From Candidatus Hydrogenedentota bacterium (GTDB lineage Bacteria; Hydrogenedentota; Hydrogenedentia; Hydrogenedentales; SLHB01): a stretch of 64,000 nt of DNA. The notes beneath the pieces are model-generated. The model had not been told where the DNA came from and made no database searches. It worked only from the letters and a program-made list of their open reading frames with translations. Shown piece after piece: positions 40,838 through 50,697 of the stretch. Position 1 is the first letter of the stretch. The number at the start of each line of letters is the position of its first letter. The position numbers were made by a program, and so were the translations under genes. The stretch is taken from the NCBI GenBank assembly GCA_045863335.1, contig BTVY01000011.1, positions 1-64,000 of the forward strand, written 5' to 3'.

Positions 40838-40875
40838 CCGCCGCCCTTTGCACCGGGGCGGCGGCCTCTCTTTTT
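40838..40875 (+). terminator. Intrinsic terminator
   Basis: GCCGCCGCCC-TTTGCACCG-GGGCGGCGGC followed by CTCTCTTTTT. Confidence 0.8.
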
Positions 40876-40985
40876 CGTCCATGCGGGCCATACCGTCCAT
40901 ATCGCCCATAAGTTCTCTCCAACCGTGTTGCACAAAACCCCTTCTCCGTCGTTATATGAAGCAGAAGCAGTCCCGGGGATGCGGA

Positions 40986-41519
40986 ATGAACGAGATCTCA
41001 CACGAAGGTCCGGACTGGATACGCTCGGCGTTGCATCGATTTGAGCGGCCGCTCATCGCCTATGCGTACCGGTTTACGGGCGACCTGGAGACGGCGCGCG
41101 ACGTCGTCCAGGACACCTTTCTGAAGCTGTGCCAGGCGGATGCAAACCGCTTGAACGGGCGGCTGGCCGGGTGGTTGTACACCGTGTGCCGCAACCGGGC
41201 GCTGGATGTGCGCAAGAAGGAAGCGCGTTCGGAACCCCTTCAGGAGGGGCAAGCCGAGGCGGTGGAAAGCGCGGCACCGTGGCCAAGCGCGCAGGCGCAG
41301 GCCAACGAGACGCAGCGGCTCATCTTGGAGGCCGTGGCTTCCATGCCGGATCACCGGCAGGAGGTCTTCCAATTGAAATTTCGCGATGGGCTGACCTACC
41401 GCGAAATCAGCGCGGCGACGGGGCTTCCCCTATCGACCGTGAGCTACCACATCCACGCGGCCATGTCCGACGTGTGTGAACGGCTCCGCTTCCACGTGGA
41501 CGCGGCGCATGAAAACTAG
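40986..41519 (+). CDS. ECF sigma factor
   Basis: ARDVVQDTFLKL, WLYTVCRNRALD, region 4.2 GLTYREISAATGLPLSTV. Confidence 0.92.
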   Translation: MNEISHEGPDWIRSALHRFERPLIAYAYRFTGDLETARDVVQDTFLKLCQADANRLNGRLAGWLYTVCRNRALDVRKKEARSEPLQEGQAEAVESAAPWPSAQAQANETQRLILEAVASMPDHRQEVFQLKFRDGLTYREISAATGLPLSTVSYHIHAAMSDVCERLRFHVDAAHEN

Positions 41520-41585
41520 ACAAACGACCGCTCGCTAAACAGCAGTGCACGAAGGATACAACAGCACGATGGCTACACCGAAGCA

Positions 41586-41740
41586 CATCCCCCTTGATCC
41601 CCCTTCAACGGGGGAATTTGCTCAAGGCCGTTTTGGGTGGGATGCGCAGCGCATGTCCCGATCGGCGAATCGTGACGTTCTTCACACAACGCAACGCGTT
41701 GTGAACGATTCCCCCTTCGAAGGGGGATCAAGGGGGATGT
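41586..41740. repeat. REPIN-like inverted repeat (CCCCCTT type) between sigma and VWA genes
   Basis: ACATCCCCCTTGATCCCCCTTCAACGGGGGAAT ... ATTCCCCCTTCGAAGGGGGATCAAGGGGGATGT. Confidence 0.85.
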
Positions 41741-41807
41741 TTCTTTCGTCTCGCGAGTCGGACCTTCGTGTCCCGGCTGGATCCCGGCGCAATAGAGGAA
41801 TCATCCG

Positions 41808-44771
41808 ATGCAAGTGAACAACGAAGACCCGCGGCTCACCGCTTTCGCCCTGGGTGAACTGGACGGTGACGAGCGGGATGCAATCGCGGCGGCGGTGGAT
41901 GCCGACCCGGTATTGACCGAACGGGTCAAAGAGATCACCGCCGCGGCGGAAGCCGCATTCCAAGCTTTTCCCAAAGACGACGGGCTTGAACTGACCGGGG
42001 AACAAAGGCAGACCATCATCGACGCGAGCCAACAATTCGCCTCCCCGCGGTTTTCCCCTGCATCGCGCTTCTGGAGGGCGGCGCACTTTGCGGCGTTGGC
42101 GGGGTGCATCATGGCGGCGCTCGGCGCGTACGCGTTCTGGCGTGTCGCCTCTGAACCGACCTTATCCCAGGACGGCGCAATGCAGGTGAGTCTCCTTCAG
42201 CAACGCCAAGTTCGTCAACTTCCATCCTCAGAATCGGCGCCCGCACGTTTTGACGAATCGACCGTCGGTAAGTTGGAAGCCCTCGAATACGGGGGAGACG
42301 CCCGGTCCGTACCTGAGGACGTGGCCCAGAGGTCGCGATTGTTGGTTATGGAAAGCGAGGCCCTCGCGCCCGCGCCGACTGAAGGCGGCGAGCGGCAGTC
42401 GTCCAATCTCCAGAACGCGCAGGTAGGCGTCGAAATACGTGTGCGCGAGGATCACTATGCCACTTACGGGATCGATCCCTCCTCGGTCCGCGCGTCCGGG
42501 ACGGAAGCTACGGGAGACACTGGTGGAGTTCCCGCAACCGCGCCCGCGCCGAAAGTGCCGGATGATGTCGAGCTCTACCAATCCCATATTGGAGCCCCGG
42601 AGCCGCTTCCGGAAAGTCCGCCCGCGGACCAGCCGGCACCGGGCTTCGTGGAGCAGCGGACTCGACTGACCGTGCAAGCGGATTTCGATGAGCAGAACGT
42701 GCGGCCACCCGAGATCCTTGAGAACCGGGCCGCGATGAATGACGCAACGCCCAACGACACAACCTCGCCGCCCGTCATGGAAGGGCAGGAAGGCGAACCT
42801 CGAATCCTGGCGTACGATGTTGGCGGCGATGGGACGCCGGAATTGACCCCCTTCCACACCCGGCGCGTGGAAACGGAAGTGCACGACTTGGTCTCGTTGT
42901 ATGACACTAACGCCGAGAATCAGTCGTCCACCCCAGGCCTTGGCGCCAGCGGATTCGGAGGAGGCGGTGGTAACTTCGGCGGAGGCCGTTTCGGTGGTGC
43001 GCGTCCGGAGGTCGGATATGAGATGCGCGGAGTCAATGCGCCGGATTCCGGCCAAGCCGATCCAAATGCTTCCAAGTTGAGCCTGAACTATGCGGACCCG
43101 GGTACCAATCGTTTTATTGAAGTGGACAGTTACGACATTTGGGGGGAAGATTTCCGGTCCAACTATATCACCGCCCGTGACAAAAGCGAAGACGTCCAGA
43201 TCTATCAAGCGTATGTCGACGCGGACGAAAAGGATGGCCGCTATTCAGACCGAAACTCACTTGGCGCGGAATCCTACGCGCCCATCTCGCCGAAGCCTTT
43301 CACGCAGGTGTCGCAGGAGCCGCTGTCGACGTTCTCCGTGGATGTGGATACGGCCTCTTACGCGAACGCGCGGCGCTACCTAACGCAAGGGCAACTTCCG
43401 CCGCCGGATGCGGTTCGCATTGAAGAGATGATCAACTACTTCGACTATGAATACGCAGCGCCGCGTGGGGCGGACCCGATTTCCGTTGACGTCGAGATCG
43501 CCCAGTGCGTATGGGAGACGCAGCACCGGCTCGCACGGATTGCATTGAAGGCCCGCGAAGTGCCCATGGACGACCGCGGCCCTGCGAATCTCGTATTTCT
43601 CATCGACGTGTCGGGGTCCATGAAGGACTCGAACAAGCTGCCCTTGCTGAAGGAGTCCATGAAAGCCCTGACGCGGCGGCTGCTCCCTCAGGACCGCGTG
43701 GCCATCGTGACCTACCGCGACGCGGCGAGCATTGCGCTGTCGCCTACGGCGGTAGGTGACCGGACCACCATTGAAACGGCGATCAACGCGCTGCACGCCG
43801 AGGGGTCCACCAACGGCGCAGGCGGTGTGGAACTGGCCTACTCCATCGCGTCGCAGAACGTCGTCAGTGGCAGCATCAACCGCGTGATCCTCGCAACCGA
43901 CGGTGATTTCAACGTGGGCGAGACGGACAACGACCGGCTGGTCGAGTTGATTCGCAATTCCGCCGCAACGGGCGTCTTCCTGACCGTGCTCGGGTTCGGC
44001 GAGGGCAACCTGAAGGACGACCGCCTCGAAGCCATGGCCGACAAAGGCAACGGCGCCTATCACTACATCGACAACTACAACGAAGCGACCCGCGTACTCT
44101 GCGCGCAAGTGGACGCGACACTGGCGACGGTCGCCAAAGATGTGAAAGTGCAGATCGAATTCAATCCCCAGCATGTGGCCGCCTACCGGCTCATCGGGTA
44201 CGAGAATCGCGCCCTCGCCGCCGCCGATTTCAACAACGACCGCAAAGACGCCGGCGAAATGGGGTCGGGCGAGAGCGTGACGGCGTTGTACGAACTGGTG
44301 CCCATTGGCGCGTCGACCACGCCTGGGCGTGGGGTGGATGAGTTGAAGTACCAGGCAAATCCCGCGCCGGCGCCAACGCAATCCGGCGATGTCAATCCAG
44401 AAACGATGACCGTCAAGATCCGCTACAAGGACCCTGAAGGCGACACGAGCCGGAAGTTTGAAGTGCCAGTCGTGGATGACGGCGAAGGCTATGACCAATC
44501 CTCACGCGACTATCGCTGGGCTACAGCCGTCGCCGGGTTCGGAATGCTGTTACGGCATCCCGCGAGCCATGACATGACTTTCGTCAGCGAAGATGGGACA
44601 CGCATACTCGGTATTAACACGATCGTGTCGAACCCCGTCCCCGACTCCTTGACCTTTGCCAAAGTGCGGGAAATTGCCGAAGGCGCGAACGGGTACGACC
44701 CCGACGGAAGGCGGGCAGAGTTTATCAGTCTCGTGGTGGCGGTCCAGACCCTACGGGGAGACCCAAACTAG
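41808..44771 (+). CDS. YfbK-type VWA protein with N-terminal anti-sigma-like domain and TM helix
   Basis: DPRLTAFALGEL N-domain; TM near aa 90-112; STFSVDVDTASY, RIEEMINYF, MIDAS DVSGSM, LATDGDFNVG, YRLIGYENR..DAGE (DUF3520-like). Confidence 0.88.
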   Translation: MQVNNEDPRLTAFALGELDGDERDAIAAAVDADPVLTERVKEITAAAEAAFQAFPKDDGLELTGEQRQTIIDASQQFASPRFSPASRFWRAAHFAALAGCIMAALGAYAFWRVASEPTLSQDGAMQVSLLQQRQVRQLPSSESAPARFDESTVGKLEALEYGGDARSVPEDVAQRSRLLVMESEALAPAPTEGGERQSSNLQNAQVGVEIRVREDHYATYGIDPSSVRASGTEATGDTGGVPATAPAPKVPDDVELYQSHIGAPEPLPESPPADQPAPGFVEQRTRLTVQADFDEQNVRPPEILENRAAMNDATPNDTTSPPVMEGQEGEPRILAYDVGGDGTPELTPFHTRRVETEVHDLVSLYDTNAENQSSTPGLGASGFGGGGGNFGGGRFGGARPEVGYEMRGVNAPDSGQADPNASKLSLNYADPGTNRFIEVDSYDIWGEDFRSNYITARDKSEDVQIYQAYVDADEKDGRYSDRNSLGAESYAPISPKPFTQVSQEPLSTFSVDVDTASYANARRYLTQGQLPPPDAVRIEEMINYFDYEYAAPRGADPISVDVEIAQCVWETQHRLARIALKAREVPMDDRGPANLVFLIDVSGSMKDSNKLPLLKESMKALTRRLLPQDRVAIVTYRDAASIALSPTAVGDRTTIETAINALHAEGSTNGAGGVELAYSIASQNVVSGSINRVILATDGDFNVGETDNDRLVELIRNSAATGVFLTVLGFGEGNLKDDRLEAMADKGNGAYHYIDNYNEATRVLCAQVDATLATVAKDVKVQIEFNPQHVAAYRLIGYENRALAAADFNNDRKDAGEMGSGESVTALYELVPIGASTTPGRGVDELKYQANPAPAPTQSGDVNPETMTVKIRYKDPEGDTSRKFEVPVVDDGEGYDQSSRDYRWATAVAGFGMLLRHPASHDMTFVSEDGTRILGINTIVSNPVPDSLTFAKVREIAEGANGYDPDGRRAEFISLVVAVQTLRGDPN

Positions 44772-44824
44772 GCGATCCCCAATTCCATATCCTCACCCAA
44801 ACCTCGCAAACACTCTGCGGGCAC

Positions 44825-44855
44825 AACAGGCGGCGCTCACCCAACGCCGCCTGTT
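44825..44855. terminator. Hairpin after the VWA gene (possible terminator)
   Basis: AACAGGCGGCG-CTCACCCAA-CGCCGCCTGTT. Confidence 0.55.
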
Positions 44856-45055
44856 CGCGTTTGGTTGGGGCGCGCCACGAATGGGCGACCCCGGTTTGGA
44901 CCTTGCCCCGCGACGCGTCTACCGGCGGCACCGTTTCAGTGCAACACGCCGTCTATACAGATAAGGACCACTGCCACTATGCCAATCTCACCCAAAATGT
45001 TGCCCCAACCTACCCCGCGCGGTGTCCGTCGTTCGCCTGCACCTCCACGACTCAG

Positions 45056-45231
45056 CACCCCCCCTTGAATCGACAAAAGAACGCGTGTCACCCCCGATTC
45101 CCCCAGACTCCCATCGCTCTATGTCATTTCGGCGCAACTCCGCTCAACCTCTGCGGATACGCAGAATTGCTCTGCGAGACTACGAGTTCAACGGACTCTT
45201 GCACCAGGGACACCCCCCCTTGAATCGTCAA
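45056..45231 (+). repeat. 21-bp direct repeat pair, 155-bp spacing
   Basis: CACCCCCCCTTGAATCGACAA (45056-45076) and CACCCCCCCTTGAATCGTCAA (45211-45231). Confidence 0.8.
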
Positions 45232-45327
45232 GAAATCTCGACGCACCCCCACACTTTCCAAATCGTCCTTTACCCCGTATACTCAAATTGCTTTTCCGCG
45301 AGGAAACCTGGTGCAAGGGAGCGAATC

Positions 45328-47748
45328 ATGGTGCGTACGCGATCTGTCTTTTTTTGTATGGCGTTGCTGATTGGGACGGCAAGGTGGAGCGGCGCCGAGG
45401 ATATGTACCTCGTGCGCGATGTGGAGCCGCAGCCGCTGTTGTCGCACGCGTTGCGATTGAGCGAGGCACTCTCGTTCCTTGGGAGCCACCTCACCGAAGA
45501 GGACAAAGCACGATTGGAGGCCATGCGTGACGAACCGCACACGGATGCCCTCGTTGATAGCGTGCAGCAAATCCTTGATCCCTACTGCCTGGCGCTGATG
45601 CACATTAATCCCGAGATGCGGGTTAAGGTCCATCGTGGACCCGCGCAAGCGGAACTCATGCAGAACGGCTGGAGCACATTTCTCATCAAAGTGCACAACG
45701 AGTCCGGCACGCGCGCGGCCGTGAACGTGGAAAGTCCTAACGCGGCCCCCTTGCTCCACCGTTCCTCCGGAGCGCCCGAGCCGAAACCAGAGAACGCCAT
45801 CAGCCCGGGCGAGTTGGCCTGGCGCTTCCTTGAATTGAAGATGTACCAGCGGCGGCCGCTCAACGCCGAACTGTCCGGCCTGCCCCTGGAATACGTGGTG
45901 GTGCAGGCTTACACGAAAGAGCGCGGCCCGCGCGAAGCGCAGATTGGATTCAACGTGGGGCAGGGCACGCAGGATATCGGATACCGCGACCACGTCGATA
46001 TTCTCTTCGACTGCAAGCCCGCGGTGAAATTCGTTTTCCGCGTGAAGGACCACGACGGCCAGCCCGCAATGGCGTCGTTTGTGATTACCGACGGCATCGA
46101 TCGCGTCAATCCGGACGAGGATAATCCGAACGCGCCCAAGCCGGACTACCGCATCCGAAATGCCGAGACGCCGCCGACGGGAACCATGCTGACCGCCATG
46201 CAACGCTTCACCGGCGTGTATCCGTTGCCGTCGCGACGCGTGGCGGATGTCGACGAATTCCCTGACTTCTATTTCCAACCCCAGATTTACCGCGCCGACG
46301 GCGAATATGTGTACCTGCCACCGGGCGAATACCACGTGGAATACACGCGCGGACCGGAGTATTTGCCACAAGAGACAACCATCACCGTTCCGGAAGATGC
46401 CACCGAGTGCGAGCATACCTTTGAGCTAAAACGTTGGATCCACCTCGCCGACATAGGCTGGTACAGTGCCGACCATCATGTCCACGGCGGTGGCTGCTCC
46501 CATTACGAGAGTCCGGAAGCGGGGGTTACCCCCGAGGCCATGATGCGCCAAGCACTCGGCGAAGATCTCAACATTGCCTGTGTGTTGTCCTGGGGACCGT
46601 GCTGGTATCACCAGAAGACCTTCTTCGACGGCGCGGTAAACGCGCTGTCCACACCAACCAACCTCATGCGGTACGACGTCGAAGTGTCGGGCTTTCCTTC
46701 TAGCCACGCAGGACATCTGTGCTTGTTGCGCCTGACGGAGGACGACTATCCCAACACCACGAAAATTGAGGAGTGGCCAAGCTGGACCCTGCCCGTGCTG
46801 CAATGGGGCAAGTCCCAAGGCGCGGTTGTCGGCTATTCCCACTCGGGCTGGGGCCTGGAGCCACTGGAAGAGACCTTCGAGCTGCCGAACTATGTGATGG
46901 CGAAATTTGACGGCATCGGCGCGAACGAATACATCGTGACGGCGGTCCACGACGCCTGCGACTTCATCAGCGCGGGCGATACGCCGTATCCGTGGGAACT
47001 CAACATCTGGTACCACGTGCTCAATTGCGGGTTCCGCACCCGCATCAGCGGCGAAACCGATTTCCCCTGCATCTACGACGAGCGCGTGGGTCTGGCGCGC
47101 AGCTATGCGCCGGTGGACGGAGAACTGGACTTCGATGCGTACATGCAGAAGATCAAAGAAGGGGCGAACTACGTTTCTGACGGCAAGTCGCACATTCTGG
47201 ATTTCCGAGTTGATGACGCAGGAATGGGTATCAGCGGAAGCGAACTGCGGCTAGACCAAGCCAAGACGGTCACAGTCTCGGCACGCATAGCTGCCTACTT
47301 GCCTGAAGAACAAGACGAAACTGGCAAATTACTGGCTGAACTGGAACCCAACAAGTCCCCCTACTGGCACATCGAACGGGCGCGCATCGGCACGTCCCGG
47401 AAGGTTCCGGTTGAACTCATCGTCAACGGGCAATCCGTGGCGCGAACGGAAATCATTGCCGACGGAAAGCTCCAGGAGATCGCCTTCGAACACCCCGTCG
47501 AACACTCCAGTTGGGTCGCTCTGCGGATTCTCCCCAGCAGCCATACGAACCCCGTCTTTGTGCTCGTGGACGGCAAACCCATCCGCGCGAGCAAACGCAG
47601 CGCCGAATGGTGCCGGGCGGCGGTGGACCGATGCTGGGAAATGAAGGCAAAGGCTATTCGCGACGAAGAGCGCGAGACGGCACGGAAGGCTTACGACGTG
47701 GCGCGCCGGGCGTACGAGCAAATTCTTACCGAATCCGTAGCGGACTAA
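45328..47748 (+). CDS. Secreted CehA/McbA-family (PHP-like) metallohydrolase
   Basis: Signal peptide; YTRGPEY, WYSADHHVH, SHAGH, YSHSGWG, WYHVLNCG, GETDFPC, SHTNPVFV. Confidence 0.8.
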   Translation: MVRTRSVFFCMALLIGTARWSGAEDMYLVRDVEPQPLLSHALRLSEALSFLGSHLTEEDKARLEAMRDEPHTDALVDSVQQILDPYCLALMHINPEMRVKVHRGPAQAELMQNGWSTFLIKVHNESGTRAAVNVESPNAAPLLHRSSGAPEPKPENAISPGELAWRFLELKMYQRRPLNAELSGLPLEYVVVQAYTKERGPREAQIGFNVGQGTQDIGYRDHVDILFDCKPAVKFVFRVKDHDGQPAMASFVITDGIDRVNPDEDNPNAPKPDYRIRNAETPPTGTMLTAMQRFTGVYPLPSRRVADVDEFPDFYFQPQIYRADGEYVYLPPGEYHVEYTRGPEYLPQETTITVPEDATECEHTFELKRWIHLADIGWYSADHHVHGGGCSHYESPEAGVTPEAMMRQALGEDLNIACVLSWGPCWYHQKTFFDGAVNALSTPTNLMRYDVEVSGFPSSHAGHLCLLRLTEDDYPNTTKIEEWPSWTLPVLQWGKSQGAVVGYSHSGWGLEPLEETFELPNYVMAKFDGIGANEYIVTAVHDACDFISAGDTPYPWELNIWYHVLNCGFRTRISGETDFPCIYDERVGLARSYAPVDGELDFDAYMQKIKEGANYVSDGKSHILDFRVDDAGMGISGSELRLDQAKTVTVSARIAAYLPEEQDETGKLLAELEPNKSPYWHIERARIGTSRKVPVELIVNGQSVARTEIIADGKLQEIAFEHPVEHSSWVALRILPSSHTNPVFVLVDGKPIRASKRSAEWCRAAVDRCWEMKAKAIRDEERETARKAYDVARRAYEQILTESVAD

Positions 47749-47882
47749 CCGCGACTCCATCCACCGCAGCTCGAAGCTGTACGGAAAATCGCATCCGTGG
47801 TATAACGGTACCGGTATAACCAAGCGACGTGGCCCCGTCGTACGAGCGGACGGCGTCGGGAACGCCGCATGCGCGAGCACAA

Positions 47883-50678
47883 ATGGGGCTTTTCCAGTAT
47901 CTCACTCCCGCGGTCTACGGCATGCTTGTCGTCGTGTGGGGATACATCCTTGTATTCTATCTGCGTCGCCTTATAGAACGATCGCGCCAGCATAAGCTCC
48001 TGTACAAACTCTTCATCATCCTCGGCATCGCCGCTCTCAGCACGTTGTTTGAGAGTGTATTCTTCGGGCTTCGCTACTCAGCCGTCATGGAACTCCTCCC
48101 CCCGTACATACACGAGACTCTGGAGCGCCCTGAGTTGGTCATCCTCCCGAAGGGCCTCAACCTGCTGGCCGGCCTGCTGATCATCTGGATTCTGCTGCGC
48201 CGCTGGCTTCCCCAGGAAGAGCAGGATCGGCGCGAAGCCCTCGCGCGGACCCGCTCCCTGGAAAGTCAGGTCCAGGAACGAACCGCCGAACTCGAGGCCT
48301 CCAACCGGCAGTTGTCGGAGGAACTGGATGAGCGTACCCGGCTCACCAACGCCCTTCGCGAAAGCGATGCCCGGTTTCGGGCCGTGTTCGAGCACGCAGG
48401 CCTCGGTGTGGTTATCGTCGATTTGGATTTCAAGATTGTCGACTGCAACGATGCGCTTATACGTATGCTCGGATACTCAAAAGACGAAATCGTCGCGTTG
48501 GGAATCGAAGGCATTACGCATCCCGACGATCTCGACGCCGACTTGGCATTGGCGGAATCCCTGCGCCACGGATCCCACGATTCCTACCAGATGGACAAGC
48601 GCTATGTGCGCAAAGACGGCGCCATCGTGTGGGGCAGTCTTACCGGGACCATTGTGCGCGATGAAACCGGACGCCCCGCCTTTGGCATCGGTATGGTCGA
48701 AGACATTACTGAACGGCGCCGGGCCGAGGACGCGGTCCGGGAGAGCGAAAACCTGCTCCGCACGTTCTTTAATAGCTCGCCATTTCGCATGGGTGTGGTG
48801 GAGATCGAGGACCATGAGGTTCGCTTTGTGAACGTAAACCAGGCGTTTGCCGAGGCCGTTGGCCGGGATGTGACGAGCGTGGCAGGGTGCACCGCCTCGG
48901 AGTTGGGCTTCGACCGCGACGAAATCGATTCCTGGTTGACGAAGTATCGGCGATCCATTGCTGAGAACCGATCGGTCCGGTTCGAAAGCCGGCGGTTCAT
49001 TAGTGACCACTGGGAGACGGTACTCGCGACGATTGCTCCTATCGACGGCGCCTCGGGGACCGGCCCGCGTCTGCTGTTTGTCGTCGAGGACATCACGCAA
49101 CGCAAGGAAGCCGAGGACGAACTCGCCAAGCAACGGGGCCTGATGGAAACCATCATGCAACAGGCGGCGGACGCCATCGTTGTCTGCGATAACAACGGCA
49201 AGATCGTGTTCGTTAATGCCGCCGCCCGGCGCATCGCCCGGATTTCTGACGAGCAGCTTGACGGAGAACTCTCACCACCCATATGGGGCGCCGCATACGA
49301 CACCGACGGCAAGGAGATCCCACTTGAGAAATGGTCGATACCGACGGCGCTTCGCGGCGAAGAGTATCGAAGTCAAGAGGCCCGCATGGTGCGGAGCGAC
49401 GGCTCCTATTACGACATACTCGTCAGCTCCGCGCCAGTAAAAAACGCCGACGGGGATGTAATCGCTGCCGTGGCTACCTTTACCGACATCACCGAACACA
49501 ATCGCGCCGACGAAGCGCGCCGTAAACTCGAGGGCCAGATGCAACATGCCCAGAAGCTGGAGAGCCTCGGCGTGCTCGCGGGCGGAATCGCCCACGATTT
49601 CAATAACTTGCTTGTCGGCATTCTTGGCAACGCCGACCTCGCCATTTCTGAACTGCCGCCGCGGTCACCGGCCGTTTCGTACCTGCAGGACGTCATGAAG
49701 GCGGCGCAGCGGGCCTCGGACCTGAGCCGGCAGATGTTGGCCTACTCCGGCAAAGGCAAGTTTGTTGTCGAACTCGTGAATGTAAACGAGATCATCCGCG
49801 AAATGGCTCACTTGCTCGAAGTATCCATTTCGAAAAGCGCGGTCCTGCGATTCAATCTGAGCGAACCACTCCCGCTCGTGGAGGCCGACGCAACCCAATT
49901 GCGCCAGATCGTCATGAACCTGATCACGAACGCGTCGGACGCCCTGGAAGACAACGTCGGCACTATCGCCATCAGTACGGCCGGCGTCCATTGCTCGCAG
50001 GAGGATTTCGCCGGATCCCTCACGGGTGAAGCGCCGGGAGCAGGCGATTACGTGGTGTTGGAAGTCACCGATACCGGTACCGGCATGGAGCCGGAGACCG
50101 TTGCGCGCGTTTTCGAACCCTTCTTTACGACCAAATTCACCGGTCGTGGCCTGGGATTGGCGGCCGTGCTCGGGATTGTGCGCAGCCATGGCGGGACGAT
50201 TGAAGTCAGTTCCACTCCGGGGCAGGGTACCGTATTCAGCGTATTCCTGCCCGCGACGCAAGCGCCGTCTACGGTGTCGCGTGCGCAAGACCACGATGCC
50301 CAGAATTGCACCTTTGAAGGCACGGTACTTCTGGTCGACGACGAAGACGCGGTGCGCTCGGTCATGGCGCGCATGCTGGAGCAACAGGGATTGGAGGTTG
50401 TCGCAGCAAGCAACGGAGAGCAAGCGGTGGAACGATTCCGGGAACGGAGCGGTGAATTTGCCTGCGTACTGCTGGACCTGACCATGCCCGGAATGGATGG
50501 TGAGGCGACGTTTGACGCCCTGCATGCCATCCGCGACGATGTCCCCATCGTGCTGACCAGCGGGTACAGCGAACAAGAACTTACCGAGCGCTTTTCTGCT
50601 CGCGGGTTTGCCGGTTTTCTGCAGAAGCCCTTCCGCCGGGAAGACCTCCGAAACATCGTTCAGGCCATCCTCGGGTGA
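47883..50678 (+). CDS. Membrane-bound three-PAS hybrid histidine kinase
   Basis: Three N-terminal TM helices; three PAS; GGIAHDFNN; NLITNASDA; FFTTKFTGRGLGL; receiver LLVDDE..LDLTMP..KPF. Confidence 0.92.
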   Translation: MGLFQYLTPAVYGMLVVVWGYILVFYLRRLIERSRQHKLLYKLFIILGIAALSTLFESVFFGLRYSAVMELLPPYIHETLERPELVILPKGLNLLAGLLIIWILLRRWLPQEEQDRREALARTRSLESQVQERTAELEASNRQLSEELDERTRLTNALRESDARFRAVFEHAGLGVVIVDLDFKIVDCNDALIRMLGYSKDEIVALGIEGITHPDDLDADLALAESLRHGSHDSYQMDKRYVRKDGAIVWGSLTGTIVRDETGRPAFGIGMVEDITERRRAEDAVRESENLLRTFFNSSPFRMGVVEIEDHEVRFVNVNQAFAEAVGRDVTSVAGCTASELGFDRDEIDSWLTKYRRSIAENRSVRFESRRFISDHWETVLATIAPIDGASGTGPRLLFVVEDITQRKEAEDELAKQRGLMETIMQQAADAIVVCDNNGKIVFVNAAARRIARISDEQLDGELSPPIWGAAYDTDGKEIPLEKWSIPTALRGEEYRSQEARMVRSDGSYYDILVSSAPVKNADGDVIAAVATFTDITEHNRADEARRKLEGQMQHAQKLESLGVLAGGIAHDFNNLLVGILGNADLAISELPPRSPAVSYLQDVMKAAQRASDLSRQMLAYSGKGKFVVELVNVNEIIREMAHLLEVSISKSAVLRFNLSEPLPLVEADATQLRQIVMNLITNASDALEDNVGTIAISTAGVHCSQEDFAGSLTGEAPGAGDYVVLEVTDTGTGMEPETVARVFEPFFTTKFTGRGLGLAAVLGIVRSHGGTIEVSSTPGQGTVFSVFLPATQAPSTVSRAQDHDAQNCTFEGTVLLVDDEDAVRSVMARMLEQQGLEVVAASNGEQAVERFRERSGEFACVLLDLTMPGMDGEATFDALHAIRDDVPIVLTSGYSEQELTERFSARGFAGFLQKPFRREDLRNIVQAILG

Positions 50679-50697
50679 GTCGCGGCTTCGTGTGCCG

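Noticed and set aside
45056-45231. CRISPR array
   Set aside because: Only two repeats, a 134-bp spacer and no cas genes
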